Shown in pieces: positions 29,660 through 41,967 of a stretch of 64,000 bases of DNA (position 1 is the first letter of the stretch; the number at the start of each line of letters is the position of its first letter). The translations under genes were made by a program, and so were the position numbers. The notes below the pieces were generated by a model. It was not told where the DNA came from. It ran no database searches and was given only the letters and a program-made list of their open reading frames with translations. This stretch comes from Octopus sinensis (taxonomy: Eukaryota): assembly GCF_006345805.1 (NCBI RefSeq), contig NC_043008.1, positions 24,304,001-24,368,000 on the forward strand, in the 5' to 3' direction.

Positions 29660-30350
29660 TTCAGCCTTTGTGAGGTACTGTAAAGGAGTTTAATATAATT
29701 TAGGTGTTTGTTTATTCTAGGGTATTAAGTCTATTAAGCAGCCTTTAATTAGTTTTAAAAGGGTTTCAATGGTTTAAAACTGCATGTGTATGATCGTTTT
29801 GTATTGTATGTAAAACTAGATTTGAGTATATTAGAAGAAAATATATTTTGATAATTGATATAATGTTTATAATGGGTTTAAATATGTTTCTTTTAAAAAT
29901 GGAAATGGTTTTCTATCCAGAATTAGGTTTAAGAGTTTTGCTAATGTAATAAGAATAGCTTAACGGAGATGGTTAACTTTATTATTAACAATGCAAATAT
30001 TACTTTTGCTGATAAGATATTTAAGCAGCTTAAATGCATTCAGCTGTGTAAAAACTGTAGTTTTTCTTCGCTGACATATATTTTCCTTAATGCAAGTTTA
30101 GCTTTTCACAGCAGTTGATGCCAGCGGAGAGAAATAGGTTAGGCAAAATAACTTACGAGGTTACTCCAAATATATGGACGATATTTTTAGGCAAAATTGC
30201 AAAATGTTTCAAAATTTAGTTAAAAAATATACCCAGGAGACCTCATGGTAAATAGAAATTGAGGTGCAGTAAAAGAGGTTAACTATTTAGATGTTACAGG
30301 TGTTAATATGAATAATAGATGTTAGTATAAAAATACTGTTTATAAATAAG
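29660..30350 (-). pseudogene. Possible decayed PLE RT fragment
   Basis: Only faint motif traces (GVTS*VILPNLFL resembling GSPLSPxLANLFM). Confidence 0.3.
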
Positions 30351-30811
30351 CTGATAGCATCAAGTATGAACGAGGGGAATGATAATAATGCCATTGAATT
30401 CCTTCAGAGCGATAATTCTAATAATGGTGAAAATAAAAAGAAAGACGGTAATGGATAAATCGAGATTAAACAACTCTATTAGCGAAAGATAACAGACATC
30501 ACTGATGTTAGCCCCAATTGTAATGTTGATTATAGCATTAGATATGATTATCAGTAGTACAGTAAAGATACTACGGGACATTAATGAAAGTATAGCATTA
30601 ATAACAAAAGAATAATTATAATAACAATATTAAACCTAGTAGAAATACTGATTATACCTACCTTAATATGGTTAATTACGAAGCCCTATATTCAATTAAT
30701 GATTCCACTAGCAATAATACTACCTATGGTAATAACTGTAATACTATGAAAGAGTTAAATGTAAACGGATAAATAATAACATAACTTATCTTCAAAATAG
30801 AGAGGAAAAAT

Positions 30812-31300
30812 ATGAGATCTAATTCAATTGTGCATATTGTACTACAATCTCAGCGTTTTCCTAACATTAAATTACGTATCAGTATTTGTAGAGTGTCTAC
30901 GAAAGGTCTTCTACATAGTTATTGCCTGATGAAATATATAGTCTACAGACGTACGGTCATTACCTACATGGGAAATAAATTTTACATTGCTTTAGCGTCG
31001 AATGTTTTCAAAGTAAGATACACAGCACACAAAGATTCGTTCAATAATAATAAATTGAGGAGTTCAATCTCAGTAGCTAAACATATTCGGGATTTGAAGT
31101 TAAGAGGTATTAATTTAAAATTTGAATGGAGTATTATAGACATTATACTGCCCTATAAAGCTAGTAGATATGAGTAACGGCGCTGCGCTTACGAATCTTT
31201 TAAATTATTGCTTGGGGATGATAAACCATTAAACAAAGAAATCAAAAGCTAATAATTTCGAATAATAAAATTCTCGAAATTCAAATTTTATAACCTAACT
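30812..31300 (+). pseudogene. PLE GIY-YIG endonuclease remnant
   Basis: CLMKYIVYRRTV..KFYIAL..FKVRYTAHKDSF..SVAKHIRDLK..EWSII..PY matches IVY-YIG / FKxRYxxHKxSF / LSKHIWxLK / WxI. Confidence 0.85.
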
Positions 31301-31349
31301 ACCAAGCAAAATTATTAACAAAAAATAATTATCATTCTGTGGTATCTCA

Positions 31350-31490
31350 CTGACTTTGCCTTTCATCCTTTCGGGGTCGATAAATAAAGTACCAGTTACG
31401 CACTGGGTCGATGTAATCGACTTAATCCCTCTGTCTTTCTTTGTTTGTTCCCTCTGCGTTTAGCCCCTTGTGGGTAATAAAGAAATAGGT
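31350..31490 (+). mobile_element. tRNA-SINE family A, 3' part
   Basis: gactttgcctttcatcctttcggggtcgataaataaagtaccagttacgcactgggtcgatgtaatcgacttaatcc. Confidence 0.85.
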
Positions 31491-33029
31491 ATCTCACTGT
31501 AGGGACCGAAAATTATGCTTCGATAACGGTAGCCTAAAGCTAATAATAATAATTAAATTTTCATTGTATTGTGCAAACTTTAAGTTGACGTCGATATAAT
31601 CTTGTAGGTAACCAGATCCGACTGGAACGGCCTAATTAACGTTTTAATATTAGTAAAACACAGAAGCAAAACATACGTAAAAATTAAATAGGTGTCTTCT
31701 TCATTGTACACAGGTATGTTTTATATAAATATTCCAACATATACGGGTCAACAAATATATTAACACACTACGCGCATACGAATGTAAACAAATAGAACTG
31801 TATATAAACATTTGTACACACAAACACACATGCAGACACAGACACACGCACACACACACAAATGTGACACAATATGAGTAACTGTCTATATTGTACAAAG
31901 CAACAGTTTCGGCTTAAATCCGAACGACCAAGTTTCTGTTACTTAGGATGCGAAGTCACACTGAAATATTGTGGTCCGATTTATGATGGCTTAGCTGGCC
32001 GAAACTTCGAACTCACTATCAACACTATGCTTGATATGGAGTAATCCATCAGATAAACGTAAATTGTTACTATTATAACTGAACACATAACAGACGTGCG
32101 TGCAGGCACACACACACACATTAATCGCAGTGTATAGTTTTATATATCCACTACGACCGGTCTTATATATCGGCTTTGCAGTTGGTATTAAACTGCATGT
32201 TAGATAACAGCGTGTGTTCATCAGAAGTGACATGTATGTAAAAGATTATGGCCGCAATAAACGGAGTCATTTTATCTTGCCTGTTGATAGACAGACAGAT
32301 AGGCAGACAGACAGATAGATAGATAAACAGAAAGATAGATAGATTTGCTAGTATGGTAACAAGTTTTGATAAAAAAAACGCAGAAATTTTAAGTGCAAAT
32401 TCAACTCAAAGCATCGCAGCTCCGAAAAGAACAAACGTTTCACTATATAACTATATAGATAGTTACGTCTTTTGGTTGTGTTTCTGTGTCTTTAAAAGGG
32501 TGACAACGTAACACGTACTTAAAAAAAGACTTTCACTATAATAACATAACAGGTTGTTGTTGAGAGAGAAATTCAGTGTGTGTGTATGTGTATGCGTGAG
32601 AGAGAGAGGGGGGCATGAGGGACACAGTTATGGAGTTAAACACTAGGTAGGGTATTAATATATGTAATTAATTGAACTTACCAAATTTTTTCACTGGTTT
32701 ACTTATCCATTGTCCATTGTCCATTGTTATTATATTCCCTCCATCCTTGGGTTCTATAGTTTCACTCTCCTGGAACTTAACAAAAGAATGTCTTTTATTT
32801 ATTTTTGTCATTGTTTAATTTATATGTTTTTATTTTTCTACTCCCAGCGAGCATTCATTAACACTACAATTTAAAAACTTTTTTGATTTTAATTAATATT
32901 AAGAGCATCCATTTTCAGCACCATAATTACCCTGTGAACCCTAAATCTCCCCGTATGATATTTTGTACTTTCGGAGTAAGCTATTTGAGAAACCACATAA
33001 AATTCAATAGGATAATTTTCTACTTCTCC

Positions 33030-34830
33030 ATGTTGTCAAGGGACTGCAACTGCTGACAAGAAACCACATAAGTCATCAAATTCGTACATGTTGAAGAAAC
33101 AGAATGGGCGGCTAGTAAACGTGTGCAGAGAAACCTTCCTGAACATTGTCATGCCAATTGGAAGAAATTGAGTTGATGACTTTATTAAACGCTTTAGACA
33201 AACTGGGCATGTGATGGAGGAAAATCGTTGTGGCGATAGAAAATCTCTTAAGAATATTGAGAAGAAATCTTTGTCAGGTGATTCATTTGGAACTTTAAAG
33301 GCACTGAATGTCATTATGGTCGGATTAAAAGTTTCGAACGTACTGACCAGCGGAAATGAAAAGCATCCGTCATTTATGGTGTCTTCATCTGCCGAAGAGC
33401 ACAAAGTAATATTCATGATATTCTACAGAATCTGTGTAAATGAGTTCCACATTGGTTTCCATAGTCCTCGAGTGGACAAATGTACTTTTTGTGAGAGGAC
33501 AAAATATGTCATTAAAAATTCTGCGGATGAAAGAACGAAACAAGAAAACATTGCAAATCTGCATGTGCACAAATGTACGTGCCAAAGCATGTTATTTTGA
33601 GGCAGATGAATGATCCTTGTATTCTGAAATTTGATTTAAAAGTTCATAACTTGCCAAGGCTCACAATTCAAGAGGTTTACTATTCCCGAAAACTCATATT
33701 CTATCATTTTGCAATCTGTACTGGAAATATAAATATTGCATATACATGAGCGGAAAAATCAATCTCATCGAGGATCTAATGAGATTGCCAGTTGTGTGCA
33801 TGAATTTCTTACAAACGATTTTTTTTAAATAAAAAAAAACATTGATTGTTTTCCCAACATGACTCTAGTACACCTGGTGTGTGATGGATGCGATGGTCAA
33901 AATAGAAATAACATTATGTTAGCCATGGGAATACTCTGGCTGTGCACCGCCCCTGCTCAGATAAAGCAGTTGGAATTTCTGTTACCCGTCCGAGGACACT
34001 CATTTTTACCATGTGATAGGCTATGCAACAAGATAGAACATGAGCTAAAATCACTAAAGACCATCATTTCCCCCAGAGGATTATATTAGTTTTATCGAGA
34101 AACACTCCGATGTAGTGAAGCAAAATGGTGATTATTACATGCATGACTGAAAAAAAAACTTGCGCTATTTATTTTAACGCTCTGTGGCTTATTCAGGATG
34201 CAAAAGGCATTATTCTAACCAAAGATAAATACAATAACGTTCTTTTCAGAAGCGAAGTGAATTACAAATCTGATGTTGGAACGAGTATGAGTTTGCTGAA
34301 GCGTGAATAGAAAGCAGCCACACTCTGCCATCACATGTCCGGAGTTGCTGTCAGTGAATATCACGACTTCAGAGAAGAAAAAGGACATTTTTTCACTCTT
34401 AAAGGCCGTGAAAACTGGATACAGGCTGAGAAATTTGCATTTTATGCAAATCTGGACTCTGGCCCAACACAGGACAATCGTGGGCTAGATGAGGGATGCA
34501 GCTGCTGCGATAAGGGCACCGGAGAAAGAATATAAAGCAAAAAGAGTCTTTTTCGTATTCTTTTCACTATGACCTTGATCTATAAGTGTGGAAAATGAAT
34601 AAAATGGTGTTTACTATATTTTTAGTTGTAAATTGTATTTTTCAATCAAAACTAGATATTTTATTTGACGGATTTTGCATTCAAATTAAGATATTTGAAC
34701 GGTTTTCAAACAAAATAAGACTTATTCATGTGGTTTATGTGAATTATGTCCCACCAGTTGATTTAAATTCAAAAAGAAATATATGAGTAACTTGATTTAG
34801 TTCTTCTGGGGCTGACATGTGAATATCGGA
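33030..34830 (+). mobile_element. Sola-type (Sola1-like) DNA transposon, degenerate transposase
   Basis: NVCRETFL, EENRCGDRKS, FHIGFHSPRVDKCTFC, FDLK..NLPRL..YYSRKL, RGSNEIASC, CDGCDGQNRN, RGHSFLPCDRL..IE in order across frameshifts; TIRs not identified. Confidence 0.75.
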
Positions 34831-34859
34831 ATCTAGCTGAAATGGTGAAATTTAGATAT

Positions 34860-35200
34860 AGAATTTACTCAATATCTGGTTTTGAGAGTAAGCTCTTCAC
34901 ATAGGAGGTTGCGCCACACTTGATATGTACACAACATCCTATAAAAAAATATCATTTAGGCATAAGAATAAAGAAAATGTGACATCACTTAGAAAGTTAA
35001 TATGGCACCTTAGGGAGGAAAAAGTAGAATATTAACTGAAATGGTCAATATTTAGTAGAGCTAAACGTTATGAAATAGGTAGAACGAAATACGAACATTG
35101 TCTAGAGGAGTCATTCCAAATCTCAAAAGCAGTGTGTAAACTTATTAACCGTAGGCAAGAATTATGGAAAAGTTGTAAATATATTGTTAATAAATAATTT
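34860..35200 (+). pseudogene. PLE GIY-YIG C-terminal remnant
   Basis: SFRHKNKENVTSLRKLIWHLRE..KWSIFSRAKRYEIG..HCLEESFQI..LINRRQELWKSC. Confidence 0.75.
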
Positions 35201-35618
35201 AACAAGTACCCTAGTTAACTTAAATAATATGGTAACAGATATAGGTTCGTATGGGTTTAATAACAAGGCAATAAATGTGAATTACCAAAACAACTTTTCT
35301 GTATGCTTATAGATCTTCTGATTTTATTTAGCTTTAAAGACTTCAATTATTTTACTTAGGTTATAATTTATATTTTATATTTATATGTATGTTTGTATGC
35401 CTATGTATATGTATGTGTATGTGTGCATGTGTGTGCGCGGGCGTGTGTGTCTGAGTGTATATGTGTACACGTATATATATCTGTGTATGTATGTAGATAT
35501 ATGTGTGCGAATGTGTACGCGTGCCTATACTTACATACATACATACATGTGCGTGTGTGTGTGTGTGCGTGCGCGCGTGTCTATATATGTATATGTATAT
35601 ATATAATTCCATTTTTTA

Positions 35619-36946
35619 TGTTACGTTCGTCCGATAGTCGAATTGGTTATTTCCTTGTCTTTGTGTATGTACATTCGTTTGCTTTGCGCAGGGGCTTAAG
35701 CTTAAGCCTTTGACCCAACTGGTTTCAAGTAGTATCGGAGAGCTTTGGGCGAAACTACATAGACATTCCGGACTCTGACTGAAGAAGTAATTGGCTGCGA
35801 ATGATCCGTGTCTCTTGTTTTGTCCTGTTTGCAGTTGATGTGCTATCGTCCTTTTCCTGATTGTTATATTTTCACGATTTCCTTTTGTTGTGCTTTTTAC
35901 CTTTGATTTATTCATGCAGTGCTACGTACAATATGGTGTTTACTTTGTAAAAATGACACTCCTTGAATCTTATGTACGGCTCTCACTCACAATTTCTCGC
36001 TTTTCCCCCTTTTCCTTCCTCCCTTTTCTCTCTCTGTCTCTCTTTTTCTCCCTTGTCTCTCTCACCCTCTCGTTCTCGCTTTTCTCCCTTAGTCCTTCCG
36101 CTGCTCTCTCAATCTCCCATCTCTCTCTCTCCCCCATCATTCCTCTGTCCCTCTGATTTCATTTTCCCTCTCTCGTATTCCTTAATCTCTTTCCCCTCCC
36201 TCTTATCTCACAATCACTTTTGCCTTCCTACCTCACCTCTCTTATACCTTGTTTCTCTCTCTCCCTCCGTCCCTCATTCTGTGAACCTTCCCTCTCATTA
36301 TTTAGTCCTTCTGATTTCTTTCCCCTCTTTCCTATTCCTTATTCCCCCTGCCTTCTTCAATTCATCCTCTACTCTACCACGTGATCGCTGTCCTGTTTAT
36401 GTATTGTCGTCCTTTTTCGGCTGACCGCCTTTGAGGTCAGTTGCATCTATTCCGTCTCGCCACCCGGTCAGTTAAGACTTTTTCCAGTTCCTTTTTCCTT
36501 GTGCCAGCTTACTACACTGTCCAATAGTCGAAAGACTGTTTTGTTTTATTTTTGCTGTAATTGTATAATTATTTTCCTTTTGGTGTATAGCCGAAAGGCT
36601 TTTATCCATTGTATAAGCATAATTCTACTTCTTATGTTACGTTCGTCCGATAGTTGAAAGAGCCTTGCTGTTTGTCATATCCTGGTGTTTGTATATGTAC
36701 ATTTGTTTGCCTTGCGCAGGGGCTTAATGCCTTCAGGTTAAGCCCTAGGCCCAACTGGTTTCGAGTAGTATCGGAGAGCTTTGGGCGAAACTACATAGAC
36801 ATTCCGGATCCCGACTAAAGAAGCAATTGGCTGCGAATGATCCGTGTCTCTTGTTTTGTCCTGTTTGCAGTTAATGTGCTATCGTCCTTTTCCTGATTGT
36901 TATATTTTGACGATTTCCGCTTGATGTGCTTTTTACCTTTCATTTA
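35619..36946. repeat. Pair of about 300-bp direct repeats (35619-35910 and 36635-36946) flanking about 720 bp with a CT-rich core
   Basis: Both start TGTTACGTTCGTCCGATAG and share ggagagctttgggcgaaactacatagacattccgga...ttttacctttt. Confidence 0.85.
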
Positions 36947-36972
36947 CATATGTATACATGTGTGTGTGGCTT

Positions 36973-37000
<28 letters not shown>

Positions 37001-37009
<9 letters not shown>

Positions 37010-37357
37010 TAGAGAAAAACCACTATTATGTAATTCAAACAATGATAGACGTGAATCATACCATATAGAAAAAATAAAATATATGATAAAACTTGTATCT
37101 AGATCACAAAAAAGTACATAATAAATAAACAGTATATAATTAGTAAATAGACTTAAATTTAATTGTAATTTGAATTGAAGTTATAGCCACGAAACGTACG
37201 TAAGTCTATTTACTAATTATATATTTTTTATTTATTATTATGTACTTTTTGTGATCTAGATAAAAGTTTTATAATATATTTTATTTTTTCTATATGGTAA
37301 TATTTACTTCTATCATTGTTTGAATTACATAATAGTGGTTTTTCTCTAATTTATATA
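37001..37357. repeat. Inverted PLE pseudo-LTR pair (arms 37001-37155 and 37201-37357) with a 45-bp spacer
   Basis: tataattagtaaatagactta / taagtctatttactaattata, and further complementarity out to tatataaattagagaaaaacc / ggtttttctctaatttatata. Confidence 0.9.
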
Positions 37358-37440
37358 AATTATATATGTATATTGTGAAATTTGATTTAATACTAAATTG
37401 AATTTTCCCCTGTAAGTTTGGAGTTATAATCCCTAATATT

Positions 37441-37513
<73 letters not shown>

Positions 37514-38199
37514 ACACACACACACATATATATATATATAAATTGAGACAAAATATACTGTTTCTGAGATATTTCGGGTACACGCAAACATCTCTCTAGA
37601 GTTTTGGTATAATTGGAATGTGTCTATATATATACATGTACATATATGTGTGTGTATATATATATGTGCGTGTGTATATGCGTATGTATGTATATATATA
37701 GTGGTGTGTGTGTGTGTGTGTTGTGTGTGTGTGTACACCATACCATATGTGAGAACTGAACAGTTGACCTCAAATTTGTAGGCCCTCACTGGTCATCATT
37801 GGACAAGTCACAACAATATTGACCACTCCATTTCTTTATTGTTGACGTTTTTAACTCCCCTATCCCTTTGTTCTCAGTTACTATTAGTCTTATCTTTGTT
37901 CTTATCGTTACCTTTATTTTTATATTTATTTTTATTTTTAGCTTTAGTTAATTTATTTCCCCCTTCTTCTTCTTCTTCTTCTTCTTCTTCTTCTTCTTCT
38001 TCTTCTTCTTCTTCTTCTTCTACTACACACATGCTTGTGTTTGTTTCTATATATTTTTTTGCTATTTAAACAACCAGTAGATTTGAAAACGGTTATTTGA
38101 AGCTTGAACCTCATACCAGAGTCACTCACTGTAAACATTATTATCAAAATAAAAAAGTATCCCCACAAAAGCCATCTCTACTCACTTTTTCATATATAT

Positions 38200-38244
<45 letters not shown>

Positions 38245-38254
38245 GAGAGAGAGA

Positions 38255-38958
38255 ATTCACAAAAAACAGAAGACATAGACATGTAGTGTAGACAACAAAC
38301 ATGTATTAGTTTAACGCTCGAGAAATGAAAAAGACTACGCTCTTCCACAGAAAGGAACACAGAGAGAAACGAGAGAAAATGAATGTGTAGTGGCTAGTGA
38401 TCGATCATGGCGACTGCCGGACAGATGGGTCACACAGGAGAGTTAGGAAGAAGGGGAGATAATAAAGTAGTGGTGATCCCAAAACGAAGGTGCGCGTGCG
38501 TGTGTATAAGAGAGTATGTATGTGGAAGAGGGATGGTGACCTTGGTGTGTGCGTGTGTGTATGTGTAGGTGTGTGGTTGTGGGGTTGGGAAGTGGTCAGT
38601 GCTAGTGTGTGCGTGGTGGTGTGATGTGATGTGGTTTTGTATGGTAAGGTGGTGTATGTGGGAGTGGGTGTAAGGGATGGAGTGGGATGGATAGGGAAGG
38701 TGGGGTTGGATTGTGTAGGGGTGGGGTTACGAGGGAGGGGTGACGATAAAGGGGGAAGAGAGAAGGTGCTAGGAGAGAAGAGAGGAGAGTAGGAGTGAAG
38801 AGAAGTAGGAGTCAGAAAAAGAAAGGAGAGGTGGGTGGGAGGAAGTAGGTATGAGAGGGAGAGAGGAGATGGGAGGAGATTAGATGAAGAGGGGAGGAGA
38901 GTTGAGCCCATGTGGCGCAAAGGAGCGAAGAGAGAAGATTAATACCTGTTCACGGCGC

Positions 38959-38965
<7 letters not shown>
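38255..38965 (-). mobile_element. PLE 3' end and pseudo-LTR, same family as 58290-60520
   Basis: Reverse encodes RREQVLIFSLRSFAPHGLNSPPLFI*; shares gagataataaagt...gatcccaaa.gaaggt and ttcctttctgt.gaagagcgtag with the 59-60 kb copy. Confidence 0.8.
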
Positions 38966-38967
<2 letters not shown>

Positions 38968-38992
<25 letters not shown>

Positions 38993-39005
38993 TATATATA
39001 TATAG

Positions 39006-39085
<80 letters not shown>
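38968..39085 (+). repeat. (TA)n microsatellite
   Basis: Direct reading. Confidence 0.95.
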
Positions 39086-39086
<1 letters not shown>

Positions 39087-41387
39087 AAGTTCAGCAAAAA
39101 TTTTGATTCAAATGAATGTGGTACTTAATTAAGATGCACCAGAATTCTGTATGGTGTTATCCATTAAAATCCGTGGGGGGATTATAGTCAAAATAAGCAA
39201 CAAGAATGACTCCAGTAATTTGGTACGATCGTTTCGTACTACATCATTTTATTAAATGTTGTAAGTATTACAACAGTTTTAAAATGCTGAGCACTTATCA
39301 GCCAATTATAGAGGTTTGAGAAGGTAGATACATAGACAAAGATGTGGATTTTAATTTTAAGAACATTTGAGGTAGTGGAGCCCATCAACTGACTGACTAA
39401 GATTCAGTTGTTCCAGACTACTGTAAGGTTCTGAGAGGGAAGAACAAATGAACAAAAAGCCCATATTATATGAGTGTGAAAAGGATATAGGTTCCTTAAA
39501 TTAGTGCATTTTCTCTACAAGTATATTTGAGTTTAAACTCAAATAACACATATCTAATGCACTGATTATTAAATCACAGTTAGAATATAACTTGTGTATA
39601 CTGAAATAAACACCTTTTTCAAACAATATACAAGGATTTAAAGAGAGAAAATTAAACATTAAGAGGAGCAAAAACTATTTTTCGCTTCAATTACAATACT
39701 GTGCAGCATCGGAAAATAAGTTTCAGAAATGACAATTTAACGAAAATTAATGGAACATAAAGTACACTATTCATAAAATGAAATCATATGTCATGTCTAT
39801 ATTGTCTACGAAAATGCCAGTCGAATATGCAAGGAATTAAGTTAAACTAAGTTAAAAGAAAAACACACAATTCACCCTCTGGGAGACAAATACTATTTAA
39901 AAGAAAGAGGAAAAGAAATTGACGCGTGTTTTGTTAAAAAAAACGTGTTAAATTCCCACTTATTTGCTTGCGTGATCAGCAGTGAAAATACTTCGCTGAT
40001 GTTAAATTCATTGAATCGATACTGTATGATAAATATCATGAATAGAAAGTGAATGGAACAAAACAATGGCTGCACAGTTTGAAATGAAATATACGCTGTA
40101 TGTTTGTGCAAAACTGAAATGACACAAGAATATATAAATAAACGATAAATAGAAAGAAATGACGTCAGACTGGCTTTGATGATTTCATAATAGATATTTC
40201 ACACCCAACATAGCCTAAAAATAAAAGAAATAAAAGTGGTCAAGACATCAAGTTAATACAAATATATTTTATCTTTTTGCTGTTACTGCGGCCATTCTGG
40301 AGCTGCACCTTTAAAACCTGGTACATATTCTATCGGTTTGTTTTGCTGAAACGCTAAATTTTACTGATAAATTTCATGTCAGTAAAAGTCATGCGTACAA
40401 ATGCATAAAATGCTAAGTAAAATAATTTCATTGTTTCTCTTTTTCTTCGTCGGCGCCAGCTGTGCAATATAAATTCATTATTCCCCTTTCAGAAAAAAGA
40501 TTAACATGAACTAAGCAATCAACTAATCATATTAATTCACTTTTTATACCGGGATGCAAGACTTTCAAATAAGATGTAATAATAGTTTGGGATGCTTTGC
40601 ATCCGCCCGTTCTAATCTATGGCGTTTTACTCCTAATATTTTTAATGTTATCATTTGTCTCAATGTGTCCTATACAACGGCTTCAGAAGTGTTGAGAGTA
40701 CCTCTTCCAATTTTGTGAAACATGCTTCTTGCATTTTTTACTTCCTTCATTAACAATTTTACATTTTCTTATGCTTGATGGACCGCAGCTGCAAAACCAT
40801 TAATGCTTGATTTATGGTTTTTGTTGTTTTCAGCAACTGTGTTGGCGCTAATGGTAGTAGTGGTGGCGGTTACATTTGCACGTGTTATGTGTGAAGAATT
40901 TGTTTTTCGCTTTTCCTGTTCGTTGCTGTTGTTGCTTTGGATGGGTTTTGTGTTGGTGGTGGTGGTATTTGTGATGCTGTTTTCATATTTTTATTCTGTT
41001 ATATATTTGTCCGTGTTGGTGTTGGTGATATTACTGCTGTTGATTCTGCTGCTACTATCGCTTTTTATGTTTGTTAGATGAGCCGAGGAAGCTTGACTGC
41101 AAAAGTCAATTTCGCCTTCAAAACTACCTCGTACCATCCTCTCTACTCCATTTAGCGAAGAAGACTCCACCATATTGAATTTTTAAACAGTATTTCGAAA
41201 AAAAATTCTTTTAGAAATTTCGCCCTTTTCTGCCGATAATAATGAGTTTTTCTCAGACCGCCATGGTCTGTTCAACATACGATACACTATACAACAAAAA
41301 AGATGAAAGAAAAATAGACTTATAATAATGCAAATAAGTCAATAACTCATAGAGTACTCGCGACACTCTGTGTCTACTGGCGATAAA

Positions 41388-41389
<2 letters not shown>

Positions 41390-41429
<40 letters not shown>

Positions 41430-41565
41430 ACTACTACTACTATACTACTACTACTACTACACTACTACTACTACTACTACAGCAACAACAACAGCAACAA
41501 TAACATCAGCAGCAGCAACAACAACAGCAATAATAATAATAATAATAACAACAATAATAATAATG
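41390..41565 (+). repeat. Compound (CTA)n/(AAC,AGC)n/(AAT)n microsatellite
   Basis: Direct reading. Confidence 0.9.
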
Positions 41566-41840
41566 CCCTGATTCAGTACCAGGCAGTGGCTCTCATGGTT
41601 TCTGATCTTAACTGATTGAAAGTGTTATCATGTACATTGTTTTGTCTTGGTATAAAAGATGGGCTACAGCAAATAGTCTGCTCAATATCACAGATTTGCT
41701 TGTCAGTTGCTTGACCTTAACCAGTTGAGCATGTCCTTTAGTGGCTGACGATAAATGCATCTCTGGTCACGAGCAGAAGTAGTGGGGGAGCATTATAGCC
41801 ATGTGCTGAGAGGAATTCTTTGGGGTTTGGATAATTCATC
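41565..41840. mobile_element. Interspersed repeat abutting (AAT)n, unclassified
   Basis: gccctgattcagtaccaggcagtggctctcatgg... resembles a recalled high-copy Octopus repeat; class not determinable here. Confidence 0.4.
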
Positions 41841-41844
41841 TATG

Positions 41845-41967
41845 GCCGCGAGCTGGCAGAATCATTAGCACGTTGGACGAAATACTTAGCCGCTACGTTC
41901 TGAGTTCAAATTCCGCCGAGATCGACTTTGCCTTTCATCATTTCGGGGTCGATTAAATAAGTACCAG
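41845..41967 (+). mobile_element. tRNA-SINE family A
   Basis: gcgagctggcagaatcattagcacg (A-box)...gagttcaaattccgccgag (B-box)...ctttgcctttcatcatttcggggtcgattaaataagtaccag. Confidence 0.9.

Noticed and set aside
30360-30581. Hydrophobic membrane-protein-like ORF
   Set aside because: Antisense of AAT-rich sequence; composition artifact.
31980-32010. TTTATGA-T-GGC..GCC-GAAAC hammerhead-like string
   Set aside because: Two core mismatches and no stem I or III support.
40803-41173. Hydrophobic plus ORF and N/T/S-rich minus ORF
   Set aside because: Low-complexity GGT/GCT/GTT sequence, similar in style to the Tx1 ORF1 5' region; no domain.
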